A stretch of 64,000 nt of DNA from an uncultured Methanosarcinaceae archaeon (GTDB lineage: Archaea > Halobacteriota > Methanosarcinia > Methanosarcinales > Methanosarcinaceae), in the NCBI GenBank assembly GCA_963727895.1, contig CAVSHT010000005.1, positions 192,001-256,000 of the forward strand, given 5' to 3'. The position numbers and the translations under genes were made by a program. Positions 10,715 through 23,332 of this stretch are shown here, one piece after another (the first letter of the stretch is position 1; every line of letters begins with the position of its first letter). The notes below the pieces were generated by a model, which had not been told where the DNA came from, did not search any database, and saw only the letters and a list, made by a program, of their open reading frames with translations.

Positions 10715-11965
10715 CTACTTTTCCATGTCTAGGAACCATTGTGTTATTCGTGCATTTGTTGCTTTTTTATTTTTTAGATTTTCGCTGAAGTCCCTACCCG
10801 ACCTCTTTTTTTCCTCTGCCACATCCCCCTCGGTTGTTGTTAGTATTTTTAAAACGTCATATTTTATCTCTTTCAATTCATTTCGTGTGACAATTTGATT
10901 TTCGAGTTCGGCACGTAAAATATCATTTTCACGTCTTATTTCCTGATACTCTTTACTTATTGAAATGTCTAAATCTTTCTGAATCGTTAAAAAAGGAACA
11001 AACTTTTTATATATCTCCTTTAATTTTTCAGGTTGTGCTTGGAAGTAGGCTTCCTGCGTCTGATCTAGTTTGTGCCCCATTAAAAACTCAGTAAAGAAAC
11101 TATCTGCACCTGCATTGAGCAGTGCTGAATTGAAGTATTTTCGGACAGCATGTGCCCCTATATAATTCCATTGATTCAATCCCGTGTTTTTCCCTGCTTT
11201 TTCTACAATTGATCTGTATACCTGATTAATTAAAGGGCTGGTTAGTTTTTGAATCTCTTCGTCTTTACTTGTCTCATACTTAGGTGACACTAACTGTTTA
11301 ATGAATAGGTAGCTATTTTCTGTAACTCTTTGTTTTCTGAGGGCAATCATTTTCTCTTTCTTACGAGTCTTAGGCTTTCTGTTTCTGTAATCAAGATACT
11401 CAAGAACCACTTTTGAAGCTTCAGGTGTGAAAAAAGTTATAAAGTCGACTCTCGTTTTAACTCTCCTTATGTGTAATGTTGTAATTCCTGTATCGGGGTC
11501 GTAACCGTTTTTAAAATCGGCTATTTTCAGATTACACAGTTCGATAGCTGAGAGTCCTGAACTGGCTCCCGCAAGCACTATTGCCTTTTCAATAGGCTCA
11601 CACATTTTTAAAATATCTTGCATATCTTCCTTACTAGGAACTCTTAAATTTTCTATCTTAGTATGCGGACGGCTGCCCCCTCTTTTCATTTTTGGAATTT
11701 CAATATCATAAAATTGATAGAAACTTTTAACACCTCCAAGTCTATTTTTAACAGTATACTCCGACATTCCGCTATCCTGTAGATGTTTTTTGAAACTGAT
11801 CAAATATCGCTTAATTGATCGCCTGCGCATCATCAGACCTGATTTAATTTCATCCTCAGCTTCCTCAATTAATTCTTCAGGCGTCTTACCATGCAAATAA
11901 GCATCAATTGTGTTTCCCCTGTCAAAATTATCCAGCCACTCTATTACTAAGGGATCTTTTCTCAA
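10715..11965 (-). CDS. Tyrosine recombinase/integrase, probably degenerate at the N-terminus
   Basis: RRVKT, HAVRKYF (HxxR), LMGH and EAY catalytic-type motifs. Confidence 0.88.
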   Translation of the reverse strand: MRKDPLVIEWLDNFDRGNTIDAYLHGKTPEELIEEAEDEIKSGLMMRRRSIKRYLISFKKHLQDSGMSEYTVKNRLGGVKSFYQFYDIEIPKMKRGGSRPHTKIENLRVPSKEDMQDILKMCEPIEKAIVLAGASSGLSAIELCNLKIADFKNGYDPDTGITTLHIRRVKTRVDFITFFTPEASKVVLEYLDYRNRKPKTRKKEKMIALRKQRVTENSYLFIKQLVSPKYETSKDEEIQKLTSPLINQVYRSIVEKAGKNTGLNQWNYIGAHAVRKYFNSALLNAGADSFFTEFLMGHKLDQTQEAYFQAQPEKLKEIYKKFVPFLTIQKDLDISISKEYQEIRRENDILRAELENQIVTRNELKEIKYDVLKILTTTEGDVAEEKKRSGRDFSENLKNKKATNARITQWFLDMEK

Positions 11966-12026
11966 ATCCTCTAACTTTATTTAAAAATTTATTCTGTAAT
12001 GTGTATATGTTGGTCTAGTACTTAAA

Positions 12027-12363
12027 ATGCCAATAAGCATGTGTAATTTACAGGAAGACAGGGGAAACAATCTGGATTGCAGACAATTATTTTCATAAGA
12101 CCCGCAACAATCTGGATGAAAACCCGAGGGGTGCGATCTATGTATGGGGGCTGGAAATTAAAGGCTGCTACCATATAAAAGGAGACATAGAGATCAAAAC
12201 TGAAGGGGCAGACTACGAGAAGATGTATAAAATGGTCAAGAGTAGAGGAGACAGGTTCCCTGCAAAAGCTCTTGCCATTATGAAGATCAAAGAAGTTTAT
12301 GAATGCAAATCAGGAGCTGGAGCCGGAAAACATCTTCTTGAGATGTTATTAGAGGTTATATAA
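12027..12363 (+). pseudogene. Pyridoxamine 5'-phosphate oxidase-like FMN-binding protein, 5'-truncated and frameshifted (not in ORF track)
   Basis: PISMCNLQEDR / ETIWIADNYFHKTRNNLDENPRGAIYVWG...CYHIKG...FPAKAL...KEVYECKSGAGAGK; extra G in the run at about 12061. Confidence 0.75.
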
Positions 12364-12366
12364 AAG

Positions 12367-12496
12367 GAGCTCATCCCAAAACCAATTTTAGCCTCAGATC
12401 AATAAATTTTTAGAATTGTTTTTCGTGATCTGAGACTCGATTGGTTATCCGGAATATAGGATTCAGATAAGCAATATTGAGTTTTGGGATAGGCTC
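12367..12496. mobile_element. 130-bp MITE with IS5-type TIRs
   Basis: GAGCTCATCCCAAAAC ... GTTTTGGGATAGGCTC, flanked by an AAG direct repeat. Confidence 0.8.
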
Positions 12497-12694
12497 AAGG
12501 TCTCAATTTTATCTCATACAACATATAAATAATTATGACAACCTCTCTTTTTTAGTAAAATAATTACAAAAAATAACAGATTGCTATTTTTAATAGTCTT
12601 ATTATAAGTACAGATTTGTCTTTTTTTCAAAGTTTCTGCTATTAAAAAATAAAGCGTGTAAACAAAAAAAATTATATAAACAATAAAGTAACGT

Positions 12695-14321
12695 TTAATT
12701 ATGACAGCACAACCCTATTCTTGAACCCACAAGCCTTTTTGTATACTCATCAGAAGGTGAGAGCATCACATCGTGAGAATTTTCCGTCTCTACAATCTTT
12801 CCATAATTCATAACGGCTATCCTGTCAGCAATCTTCAGTGTCAGGGAGAGATCATGTGAAATATATATCATTGCAAACCCTCTCCTGTTCTGAAGGCCCT
12901 TTAAAAGACGCAATATATTTGCAGAGGTTGAAACATCCAGAGCCGAAGTTATCTCATCGGCAATAAGGAGTTTTGGCTCCATAACCATTGCTCTTGCAAG
13001 TGCAACCCTCTGCCTCAGCCCACCGCTGAGTTCACCACAATATTTGCTGAGGAAATTGTTAGTACTGGGAAGATGAACAAGTTCAAGGGCACTTTTAACC
13101 ATTTGCAGTCTATCTCCATTGGAACCTATCTTATTGATATAAAGAGGCTTCTTTGACTGCATCAATAACGGTAAACCTATTGCTGGTTGAACTGAACGGG
13201 TCTTGGAGTACTATCTGAATGCCATTGAGCCTGCTTCCGTAGTTTCCCTTGCCAACACTCCCACCCATAAACAGTACATCTCCGCGCTCGGGCCTTATCA
13301 CATTTGCAAGGATATGGGCAAGGGTTGACTTTCCCGAACCGATCTGGCCTACAATTGCAAGAACCTCTCCTTCCATCACTTCCAGATTAACATTATCAAC
13401 TGCCTGAGGATATCTTCTATTAGGCAGACAATATCAAAACTCAGGTTTCTGGCTTCCAGAACGTCTGCTATGCCACCTCTATGGCATGCAATTTTCCTTC
13501 CATTTCCTATCGGCATCAGTACCGGAAAACTTTACTGCAGATATCTATTTTTTGAGTACATCTCGGGCTGAAAGGACAGCCTTTAAATTCATTCTCAGCA
13601 GGTAAATCTCCGGGAATTCCCCATAAATCTTTATAAACGAAATATCCGGGGTCGAGTGGACAAGTCCCCTTGTATAAGGATGACGAGGAGATACGAGAAT
13701 ATCCCTTACAGGTCCTGTTTCAACAGTTATTCCTGAATACATAACAGCAATCCTGGATGCCACAGAAGATACAAAAGTGATATCATGAGAGATCATTAAC
13801 ATCGTATACCCGTTCTTCTTTTGAAGGTCGACCAGAAGGTCCCTGATTTCCTTTCGGGTAAATGCATCAAGGGCAGAAGTAATTTCATCGAGAATCAGTA
13901 ATTTCGGGTCGCATGAAAGAGCCATTGCCAGAAGAAACCTCTGCCTCATACCTCCAGAAAGCTGATGCGGATATGAATCCATCCATTTGGGATCAAGGCC
14001 AACCGTCCTGAACAGATTCACATATTTACTCTGTGCTTTCTCGGGGCTTATATCAAGGTGCTTTATCATCGGTTCTCTTACCTGAACGCCCACTTTCATA
14101 ACAGGGTTCAGCACGTCAAGACTGTTCTGAAAAACTATTGCAATATCCTTCCATCTTAATTTGTCCATTTCAGGTTCAGGCAAAGAAGAAATCAGCTCAT
14201 CCCTGTAAAAAATCTCACCGGAAATAGATGTATTTTCTGGCAAAAGCCCCATAATCCCGAGAGCAACAGTGGTCTTGCCACTTCCTGATTCTCCAACAAT
14301 AATGAATAAAGAAATTAACAA
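12695..14321 (-). pseudogene. Fused double-domain peptide/nickel ABC transporter ATPase, 5'-truncated and frameshifted
   Basis: GESGSGKT, LSGGMRQR, LLILDE in 13545-14321; second Walker A in 13131-13379; LSGGLRQR, LIADE in 12695-13165; three separate ORF pieces. Confidence 0.88.
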
Positions 14322-14621
14322 CGCGTGGAAAGTATTACTTTATAATATATAAGTATTATTTAATATACTCAAAATAAAAATACTTTATTAAGTAAACTTT
14401 GAAAAAAAGAATCTCTAATTCGGCAACAAATCCCAAAATAAAGTTACGTTGTTCAAAATATAGTTCTTGCCAAAAAGAATTACTTTACACTAAACTTTCA
14501 TCCAGAATTTAAGTCCATTTATCAGGATTTATAAAAGAGACTAATGAAAAATAAATACGGCAATAAGTAACAATAAAAAACTGTAATAGATAGTAAAATA
14601 GAAAATCGGATCAAAAAATAA

Positions 14622-14660
14622 ACAAAAAAAAAGTTAAAGCCCGCCCGCAGGCGGAAACTT
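14622..14660 (-). terminator. Hairpin plus oligo-T downstream of rps6e
   Basis: Minus strand TTCCGCCTGCGGGCGGG followed by TTTAACTTTTTTTTTG. Confidence 0.5.
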
Positions 14661-14665
14661 GAAAT

Positions 14666-15073
14666 TTACTCTGCAGGAGCTTCTTCTGTGGTTTCGAGAC
14701 CAAGAAGGGCTTTTATAGATTTGCTTCCGTATTCCACGATTTTGGCATTGACCTGAACGATATCAAAAGCAATTTCCTTTCCGCGAATCATCTTTCTTCT
14801 GCGCTGTCCAGGATGTTTTGGGACATAGCCTACGCCTACTGCCATCAGAACTCTCTGTCTTCTGTGGCCTGGAAGGTCTGGTTTCATAACAAAACCACTG
14901 CCGTCACAGCCACCAGTAATCTGGACTTTATATCCAGACAGTCCGAAAATTGCACCATCGACAACCTCGCCAATTGATTTTCCAATTAGTGCATTTGCCT
15001 CTGCGTCTTTTACATCGATCTGGTAAGCGCGTCCTTCCTTTGTATCAGAAACTACAACTTTGAAATTAGCCAT
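14666..15073 (-). CDS. rps6e: 30S ribosomal protein S6e
   Basis: [29 protein letters not shown]. Confidence 0.97.
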   Translation of the reverse strand: MANFKVVVSDTKEGRAYQIDVKDAEANALIGKSIGEVVDGAIFGLSGYKVQITGGCDGSGFVMKPDLPGHRRQRVLMAVGVGYVPKHPGQRRRKMIRGKEIAFDIVQVNAKIVEYGSKSIKALLGLETTEEAPAE

Positions 15074-15211
15074 GTGAAATCCTCCAATATCAGATTAATT
15101 TAAATAATTACTTTGCTTTTCCGTCCAACCTTTACTCGGATTTTCTGAATTTTTTACCTGAACCTCAGTGAATCCTTAAAATAATTCTGAACACAATTGC
15201 ACTTAAAAGCG

Positions 15212-16987
15212 TTATTTTGCCCAGAACGGATTACCTTTTCTTTTCAGGGAAAGGAAAATATCAAGAGTTTCCTTTTCATCGGTTGAAAGGGAATCATATA
15301 TTTCATGCTCAAGAACTTTGGCGTGCCTTTCAGGCACATTGATATAGAGCACATCTTCTTCTTTGATTTGCCTGCCGACGGTTGCACCTTCAATTGCCAT
15401 TGCAACCTCTTTACCTACTCTGGCAGATGCAATATTTTCTCCTTCGATCTGAAGGCCCTTGATTTTGCCTACAACGTTACCGTTTTCAAGCATAACATCT
15501 GCGTTTGTCCTAACGACTCCACCAAGCACTCTTACGCCGACAACTGCAGGCTTGCTCTGGCGGAAAACACAGCCAGGAAGAATCTTGAATTTACCAGGAC
15601 GAATAATCGTTTCGAAAATTTTTTGTTCAGCCTTTTCTTGCTGCTCTTTTACATATTTCTGGTAATCTTCAACAAGGCGATAGATCACATCACTTGTGAA
15701 TAACTTAACATTACTTTCTTGCAGGAAATCTCTTGCGTCAGGATGAACTTTAACGTTGAAACCTATAAGTACAGAGTAAAGAGGGTCTTCGACAGTTGAA
15801 GCTTCAACTGCATCTCTGTGGGAGATATCTCCTACTTCGGCTTTTCTTATAGGAATCTCATCTTTCTGGAACTCATGGACAAGAGCTTCAAGGGAACCTA
15901 GAGTATCAGCTTTAATCATGATTCCGACTGAACCGGTATCAATTCTGACTTCATCAATCTCAGATTTTACCTGAGATACAATTTCGTCAATGGTTTCTTC
16001 AGTAGCAACCCTGATAGGAGAGCCTGCAAGAGCACTTTCTAGACCAGGAGCTGAAATCTTTACACCAACTGCAGCTGTAACTTTATTTACCTGCTTGAAC
16101 TTGCTTTCATAGCGAATCTCAGAAAGCTCTCTAGGTTTCAAAAGAGCCCGTACTTTCGTCTGTATAGGTTCTCCCAGACTTCCTATAACAACAGTATCGC
16201 CTTTTTTCAAAGTACCGTCGTAGAGAATAATATCAAGAGTTGCACCAAGACCTTTTTCTTCCTTTACCTCAAGCACAGTACCTACTCCAGGTCCTTTGGC
16301 ACTATACTGCAGGTTTGCTTCAAGGAATTTCTGGGCAAGGCCAAGGAGCACCATCAGGACGTCAGGAATTCCTTCACCTGTAAAAGCACTTACAGGTACG
16401 ACACCCAGGGTTTTCTGGAAGTTTGTAACCCTATCGTAACGCTCTGCTGCAAAACCCTGGTTATATAATTCTCCTATTACCTCGTAGAGCTTTGTCTCAA
16501 GCCTGGACTGGACATCCTCTGACTGTTTTTTGAAAGTAGCTGCAAAAGGCAAGTCTTTTTGTGAAACCCAACCATTAATCCTGTCAATCTTATTGGCAAC
16601 AACAACAAAAGGAGTTTTAAACCGCTTTAAGATCTGCAGGCTTTCATATGTCTGAGGCTTGAAGCCTTCATTTATGTCAACCACAACAATTGCAAGATCG
16701 GCAAGGGCACCTCCCCTGCTTCTTAAAGTTGTAAAGGCATGATGCCCAGGCGTGTCAATAAAGAGCAGTCCTGGAACTAGGAATCTTTCTTTAAGCCTAG
16801 GGTCTCCAAGTTTGTTAATAATAACATCTATTGGGACTTCGGTTGCCCCTATATGCTGGGTGATGGCTCCGGCTTCTCCACTGACAATTGCAGTACCCCT
16901 GATCTTGTCCAGCAGAGTTGTTTTCCCGTGGTCAACGTGCCCCATCACGCAGACTATCGGAGTTCGTAAATTTTTCTTGTCGGCCAT
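15212..16987 (-). CDS. infB: Translation initiation factor IF-2 (aIF5B)
   Basis: LRTPIVCVMGHVDHGKT, ITQHIGA, DTPGH, NKID; ATG 16987 follows GAGGT. Confidence 0.98.
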   Translation of the reverse strand: MADKKNLRTPIVCVMGHVDHGKTTLLDKIRGTAIVSGEAGAITQHIGATEVPIDVIINKLGDPRLKERFLVPGLLFIDTPGHHAFTTLRSRGGALADLAIVVVDINEGFKPQTYESLQILKRFKTPFVVVANKIDRINGWVSQKDLPFAATFKKQSEDVQSRLETKLYEVIGELYNQGFAAERYDRVTNFQKTLGVVPVSAFTGEGIPDVLMVLLGLAQKFLEANLQYSAKGPGVGTVLEVKEEKGLGATLDIILYDGTLKKGDTVVIGSLGEPIQTKVRALLKPRELSEIRYESKFKQVNKVTAAVGVKISAPGLESALAGSPIRVATEETIDEIVSQVKSEIDEVRIDTGSVGIMIKADTLGSLEALVHEFQKDEIPIRKAEVGDISHRDAVEASTVEDPLYSVLIGFNVKVHPDARDFLQESNVKLFTSDVIYRLVEDYQKYVKEQQEKAEQKIFETIIRPGKFKILPGCVFRQSKPAVVGVRVLGGVVRTNADVMLENGNVVGKIKGLQIEGENIASARVGKEVAMAIEGATVGRQIKEEDVLYINVPERHAKVLEHEIYDSLSTDEKETLDIFLSLKRKGNPFWAK

Positions 16988-17142
16988 ATGCAAAACCTCT
17001 CTCATTCCTGCGTTTTAATTTGCTGCAGGTCCAGAAGGGTCCTGGTTTTACCCTGACGGACCCATATTGCAGGTACCGGTAACAAGCCTTAATTCATGTC
17101 CTGAAACTTCATAAACAAGAAAAAGGCTTTGATGTACCTGTT

Positions 17143-17598
17143 TTACTCGTACAGACAGACCTCATCGATTCTGGAATATTTCCCGATTTCGGAGTCCTTA
17201 AAGTGAATTGCAATTTCCCTTGCTGCAGCTTCTGAAGAGTCTGATGCATGAACTATATTTCTGCCTACATCCAGAGCAAAATCGCCTCGAATTGTGCCGG
17301 GTGCTGCATCCACAGGATTTGTAGCTCCATTTATAGTTCTCATTGCCTTAATTGAATCTTTTCCAGCAACTACCATTGAAACTGAAGGGCCAGAAGTGAT
17401 AAAGTCGACAAGAGATGAAAAGAAAGGCTTGGATGCATGTTCACTGTAGTGTTCTTTTGCAGTGGCTTTACTGATAACATTCATCCTGAGAGCAACAATT
17501 TTCAGTCCCCGCTTCTCAATTCTGGAAATTATCTCTCCTACAAGCCCACGCTGGACTCCGTCAGGCTTTACCATAACGTATGTCTGTTCCATATTCAC
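17143..17598 (-). CDS. ndk: Nucleoside diphosphate kinase
   Basis: [27 protein letters not shown]. Confidence 0.98.
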   Translation of the reverse strand: MNMEQTYVMVKPDGVQRGLVGEIISRIEKRGLKIVALRMNVISKATAKEHYSEHASKPFFSSLVDFITSGPSVSMVVAGKDSIKAMRTINGATNPVDAAPGTIRGDFALDVGRNIVHASDSSEAAAREIAIHFKDSEIGKYSRIDEVCLYE

Positions 17599-17636
17599 AC
17601 CTTAATAATTCAAACAAGTAAACTGACAACTCTATT

Positions 17637-18077
<441 letters not shown>

Positions 18078-18086
18078 TTATCAGGA

Positions 18087-18449
<363 letters not shown>

Positions 18450-18456
18450 TTAATAT

Positions 18457-18501
18457 TCTCCTTCGAAATTGCGATTAACGCAATTTTTCATCAATCATAG
18501 G
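18457..18501 (-). promoter_or_regulatory. Candidate kink-turn in the rpl7ae 5' UTR overlapping the SD
   Basis: mRNA UUGAUGAA-AAAUUGCG-UUAAU-CGCAAUUU-CGAAGGAG: 8-bp stem with tandem GA/GA and a box C-like UGAUGA. Confidence 0.6.
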
Positions 18502-18789
18502 TTTTTAACACATATCTGTCAACATTGAGATCCAGATTCTTAAAATCAAAACCTGAGTCGTTTCAATGCGAAGAGTAAATGAATTGAAATATAGATACTG
18601 CTAACTAAATGCCGCAGATCGAACCTTAGAAGTACATGATCATCTATAAACTTTCTGCTTGAAAACGCAAGTCATAAACGAAAATCAGAATAAAATAATA
18701 ATTAACTCATATATATAAGGCTATTTTCATTTCCTGATAATCATGAATAATACGTCATGGTTATAAGGAATGTAAGAAATTTTGATCGC

Positions 18790-19404
18790 ATGGACACAAT
18801 TTACTACGAAGCTCACAACAATCTCTATCTTAACCTTACAAATCGCTGCAGTGCAGACTGTGTATTTTGCATTCGTAATTTTGCAGATGGGGTTTATGGA
18901 TATGACTTAAGGCTTTCAAAAGAACCGACAACTGAAGAGATTCTCGGAGCTTTGGAAGGAATAGACCTCAAAAAGTACAAAGAAATCGTATTCACAGGTC
19001 TTGGAGAACCCACTCTCAGGTTAGATGTTGTACTTTCAGTAACTTGCTGGTTAAAAAACCGGAATATGCGAGTCAGAATTGATACAAACGGACAGGCACC
19101 CCTGATAAACCCTGGAAGAGATGTGATTTCTGAATTAAAGGCCGTAGAAATTGATGCCGTTTCTGTAAGCTTGAATGCCGAGTCGGAAGAAAAATATAAT
19201 AAACTCTGTAGACCAATTCATAAAAATACTTACAATGCAGTACTTGATTTTATAAGGGGAGCAAGAAAAGCAGGAATCAATACAAGGGTTACAGTAGTTA
19301 ATGTGCCAGAAATAGATCTGGAAAAGTGTAAAAAGCTTGCAGAGGAGCTTGATTCTGATTTTCACATAAGAGCTTTGTCGGAAGCTGCAAGCAAAGAGAT
19401 TTGA
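18790..19404 (+). CDS. TatD-associated radical SAM protein
   Basis: LYLNLTNRCSADCVFCIR (CxxxCxxC), FTGLGEP, DTNG, VSVSLNA. Confidence 0.9.
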   Translation: MDTIYYEAHNNLYLNLTNRCSADCVFCIRNFADGVYGYDLRLSKEPTTEEILGALEGIDLKKYKEIVFTGLGEPTLRLDVVLSVTCWLKNRNMRVRIDTNGQAPLINPGRDVISELKAVEIDAVSVSLNAESEEKYNKLCRPIHKNTYNAVLDFIRGARKAGINTRVTVVNVPEIDLEKCKKLAEELDSDFHIRALSEAASKEI

Positions 19405-19581
19405 AAACTGTTACTTTGGATTTAAGATTGGAAAGATTCAATGTATAAGGTAAAGACGTTTTCATTCATTTCAAGTTTGCTTACCTATTCATCCGGATGG
19501 TTCTTAGAAATCCCACTCAATGAGTGCTCTCCAAAGCGAGTATGGCAATAACTGAACTTATTTAACTGAAGATTATATTTA

Positions 19582-19765
19582 GAGCCTATCCAAAAAGTAA
19601 TATTATGCTGAAAATTATAAATTTCCTTTTATGTCCTTTCGTGAAAAATCGATGACGTTCTATGGAAATCCATAGAACTTTATCTTCCCCCTCAGAAACC
19701 GAATACACGAAGGCTGCATACAAATATGAGGAAGTTAATGAACGGTATTTTGTACATTGTTATAC
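19582..19765 (+). mobile_element. IS5-family relic: 5' end with TIR and an N-terminal transposase fragment
   Basis: TIR GAGCCTATCCAAAAAG after TTA; fragment LPPQKPNTRR...MRKLMNGILYIV. Confidence 0.65.
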
Positions 19766-20061
19766 ATGCTAGAAAACTCATTAACTATTTTCTTAGCCCC
19801 AGGACCCCTTTGATCTCAAGTTATAGTTTTTAGGTTTAATGAAATATTTTTTATCCATTATGTTATTCAACCATGTTGATTACAGCCATATCTACAAAAA
19901 ACCTGAAAGGCTCCTGTAAATAAGAGGCAAAACTGTTTTGCTAGGGTTCAGTTCATGTAAAAACCCTAACATCTTACTTCTCTTAATAACTCTCCTGTAA
20001 GCTTCCCCTACCCAAGTTATCCTTTTTTCAAAAATATTCTCCCCCCGAATGCATTTCAGAG

Positions 20062-22094
20062 TTATTCTTCCTTTGCTAGTTTATACAATTCCTGAATTCT
20101 TAACTCGACGATATCCATCGCGTCTTCAAAGAGCCGCCTATCAATTTTGATCCCGAAGTATTCCTTTAATTTTTCTTCAGGAGGCATTATTGAGCCTGCC
20201 GATAGATAAGCGATGTATTTTTTATTGAAAGTTTTAGGGTCTTCTCTTTACTGTTTGAAGAGAGCTAGAGTTATTGCTTTTGAAACCGCGTAATTGAAGG
20301 TATAGTAATTACTTGTCAGGTAAATATGGTTAATATAAGTCCATTCTGCAGAATCTTCAGGATAGTACTCAACTGAGCTACTCCTGTATTCTTTAGAAAT
20401 GTCTGTCCATATAGCATTAAGTTCCGCCCCGCTTACCGTTTCTTTTTCTGCACAGAGCCTGTGTGCCTTATATTCAAATTCTGTAATCAAAGGCTGTCTT
20501 GTAAAGAAGTTCTGGTAGTCATCAATCTACTGGGATAGAACGGCAACTGCGGTGTCCTTATCCGAATTTTCGACAATGTGATCAACAAAGAGCTCTTCAT
20601 TGAAAGTGGAAGGAATTTCCATTTCGTAAATCGTACCTGTGCAGTAAAAATAGTCAACTGAATTACCCATCAGATCGAAATTAATTGCATGTCCCATCTT
20701 ATGGGTTAAAGTTTGCTGGTCCCTGATACGGCCGTCATAGTTCATGAAGATCAGAGGTGGAGCTTTCAGAGCACAGGAATCAGTACAATAGCTCCCTGGT
20801 TGTTTTCCATGATCAGGGTCAGGGTATACGTCTATGAAACCGCCAGTTACCATTTTTAAAAAGATTTTTTTGAAATTGGGATCCATTTTGGAATAGGATT
20901 TCTGAATTTCTCTCAAAGCTTCTAAGTAAGCGTATTTCTTGCCAGGCTGGTTCGTCAGCTGCAGCATAAGGTCATACGGTTTAAGGACATCAAGCCCGAG
21001 TTTATTTTTTCGAAACTCATTGTACGCCTCAAAAACATCTTTTTTCTGCTTGAAAACGGTATTCATGTCATCAATCTGAGAATGAGTCAGATAGAGGTTA
21101 TAAAGGCTACAGTCATAGAAATCAGTGTAGTTCAACTCTTTTGCAACAAGGTCGTCAATCTGCGCTTTTTTGAAATAAAGAGATGCCATAGAATCAGATT
21201 CATTAATCAGGTGGTAAAACCTCTTATCATAACATTTTTTCCTGTTTTCTCGGCTCGTATCTGTTGATAATAAAGCACTATAGGACTGAGAGTTAACGGA
21301 AAATTTCTTTCCATTCTCAAGAGTTATCTCTCCTGCCTTTGTGACTTTATTCGTAATTTCGGAAAGCGCTTCAGTCTCCAGTTTCATACGCTGGTTTTCA
21401 AGATCTGCAATATACGCAGCCTGAGATTCATTCTTTGGCCTATGTTTTACAAACCTCATATAGTTAGCTTCAAGATAAGCCCTGTAAGCTTCAAGTTTGG
21501 GTTCTTCGGAAGAGAGTCGATTCCACTCTTCCTTATTAAATGAAGTCAATTTTACGGTTGCAAAGGCTTGAGATTTCTTATACTCGGTAAGTAAGTCTTG
21601 AACACTTCCAAGCAGAGAATTAAGGAACGATTCATTTACATTTTTACTGAGCTGAGTATATGCGTAAGTATACAGAATATCAATATATTTTGAAAACTCC
21701 TTTTCAGTATCCAGATAATCTAATAAAGTAGATCCCGACAAATTTTCAAATTTTGCCCGAAAAGTTTTATTTATCTCTTTAGGTCCTTTTTTAATCTCTC
21801 AAGTTCTTTTGAAGCATCTTCCCTACTTCTGAAGAGATATGAATCATCCCGTTTCGTCGGAATTTTACTGGCATCAAGTGCTTCGAAAGTATATTCCTCG
21901 CCTGTGCATTTGTCCGTATGTTCAGATGATTTTTCCATATTTTTAGAAACTCCACCGTCTGGGAAAAATGCAAGAGACATTAATGCTCCGAGAGCGAGAG
22001 GCCCTTTAAATAGTTCTGAGGCTATTAGCCCTTTAACTGATTTCAACTTCATAAGACCACTATCTCCTGATATAATTTCAAAATATCCATTCAT
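20062..22094 (-). pseudogene. pepF: Oligoendopeptidase F (M3B) pseudogene
   Basis: GFIDVYP..GKQPGSY, PLIFMNY, EIPSTFNE, HIYLT..YYTFNYA. Frameshift near 21770, in-frame TAG at 20527 and TAA at 20248; HExxH changed to HKMGH; last frame ends at 20062. Confidence 0.9.
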
Positions 22095-22492
22095 TAATTT
22101 CCTTCTATTATCTTTGACTAACGAGTCTTATTGATTTAGTTGAATTGATACAAAATTTAATACATTTCATATAAGTTACTTACAAGTATAGTAACAGGTT
22201 GTCTTATGTTAGTATACGATGTATAGTGATATATTCTGTGATAGGTTCTCCATATATTGGTCATAGCTTTTTTACTTCAAAGTTCTCTCAGTAACTGAGA
22301 CAATTGAATTCTTTATTATAAAATTTGACAACAATAAGATACCAATAAAAATCGAAATAAAACAGTAAAAAATCAAAAAATATTTGAGTAAGACCTCTTT
22401 TTGTGTAAAAAGTTACTCAAGCTAAAACTCTTTCGTCGTAATTAATTACACTCTCGATTTCTTTTTCTGGCACTGGCACTGGCACTAATTCA

Positions 22493-23332
22493 TCAGGAAC
22501 CTTTTTTTGCATCATTCTGAATGTGGACTATGCGTTGCGGTAAAGGAATCTCTATTCCATTTTTTTCCAGTGTCTGTTTTATATCCCATAGAATTCTGGT
22601 TTTTATTCCAAACCACTCGTTAACAGGTGCCCAGATTCTAACAGCAATATTTACTGAACTGTCCCCAAGGTCGTTTACAAAAACCGAAGGAGATGGATTC
22701 AGAAGAGCAAAGGGTTCTTTGTCGATAAGATCTTTGATAAGAAAGATTGCGGCATTGGCATCATCACTGTAACGAATCCTGATTGTATATTCAAATCTTC
22801 TAACCGGATGTCCTACAATGTTTGTGATGTTTGTTGTAAATACCTGCTGGTTAGGGATGCGAACAAGGAGCCCTTCATAGGTCCTTATGAGTGTAGAAAT
22901 TATTCTTATATCTATAACGTAACCCGATACATCATTGATTTGAACCTGGTCTCCTATTTTTATGGGCCTTTCAGCCATCAAGAAAACACCTGATACTAGA
23001 TTTCCTACAATATTCTGGCTTGCAAAACCAAGAACAATACCTGCAACCCCTCCTGCCAGCAGCAATCCTGAAGGATTAATTCCTATTAGAGGTAAATTAG
23101 AAAAAAATACAATAGTAAGTATACTATAGTAAAGAATTTTAATTATCGTCTCACGAGCATCCTTACTGACCCTATCTTTTAAAGACCTGCGCAGATAAAG
23201 CGAGAGAATTTTGGCAAGCAGGGTTGAAATAGAGAGAATAAGTATGAATTTTAGTACAGAGCCCAGCGTTACGCCCTCTGAAATCGGAAGGCTGGTTTCA
23301 AGAAAAGTGAGGTCTGTAGTCAAAATCCCCAC
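22493..23332 (-). CDS. mscS: Small-conductance mechanosensitive channel
   Basis: GIVLGFASQNIVGNLVSG, RPIKIGD, IPN, GIEIP. Confidence 0.93.
   Translation of the reverse strand: MGILTTDLTFLETSLPISEGVTLGSVLKFILILSISTLLAKILSLYLRRSLKDRVSKDARETIIKILYYSILTIVFFSNLPLIGINPSGLLLAGGVAGIVLGFASQNIVGNLVSGVFLMAERPIKIGDQVQINDVSGYVIDIRIISTLIRTYEGLLVRIPNQQVFTTNITNIVGHPVRRFEYTIRIRYSDDANAAIFLIKDLIDKEPFALLNPSPSVFVNDLGDSSVNIAVRIWAPVNEWFGIKTRILWDIKQTLEKNGIEIPLPQRIVHIQNDAKKGS

Noticed and set aside
20527..20529. Pyrrolysine read-through of the in-frame TAG in pepF
   Set aside because: The gene also has a frameshift, an in-frame TAA and a broken HExxH, so the amber is best read as decay.
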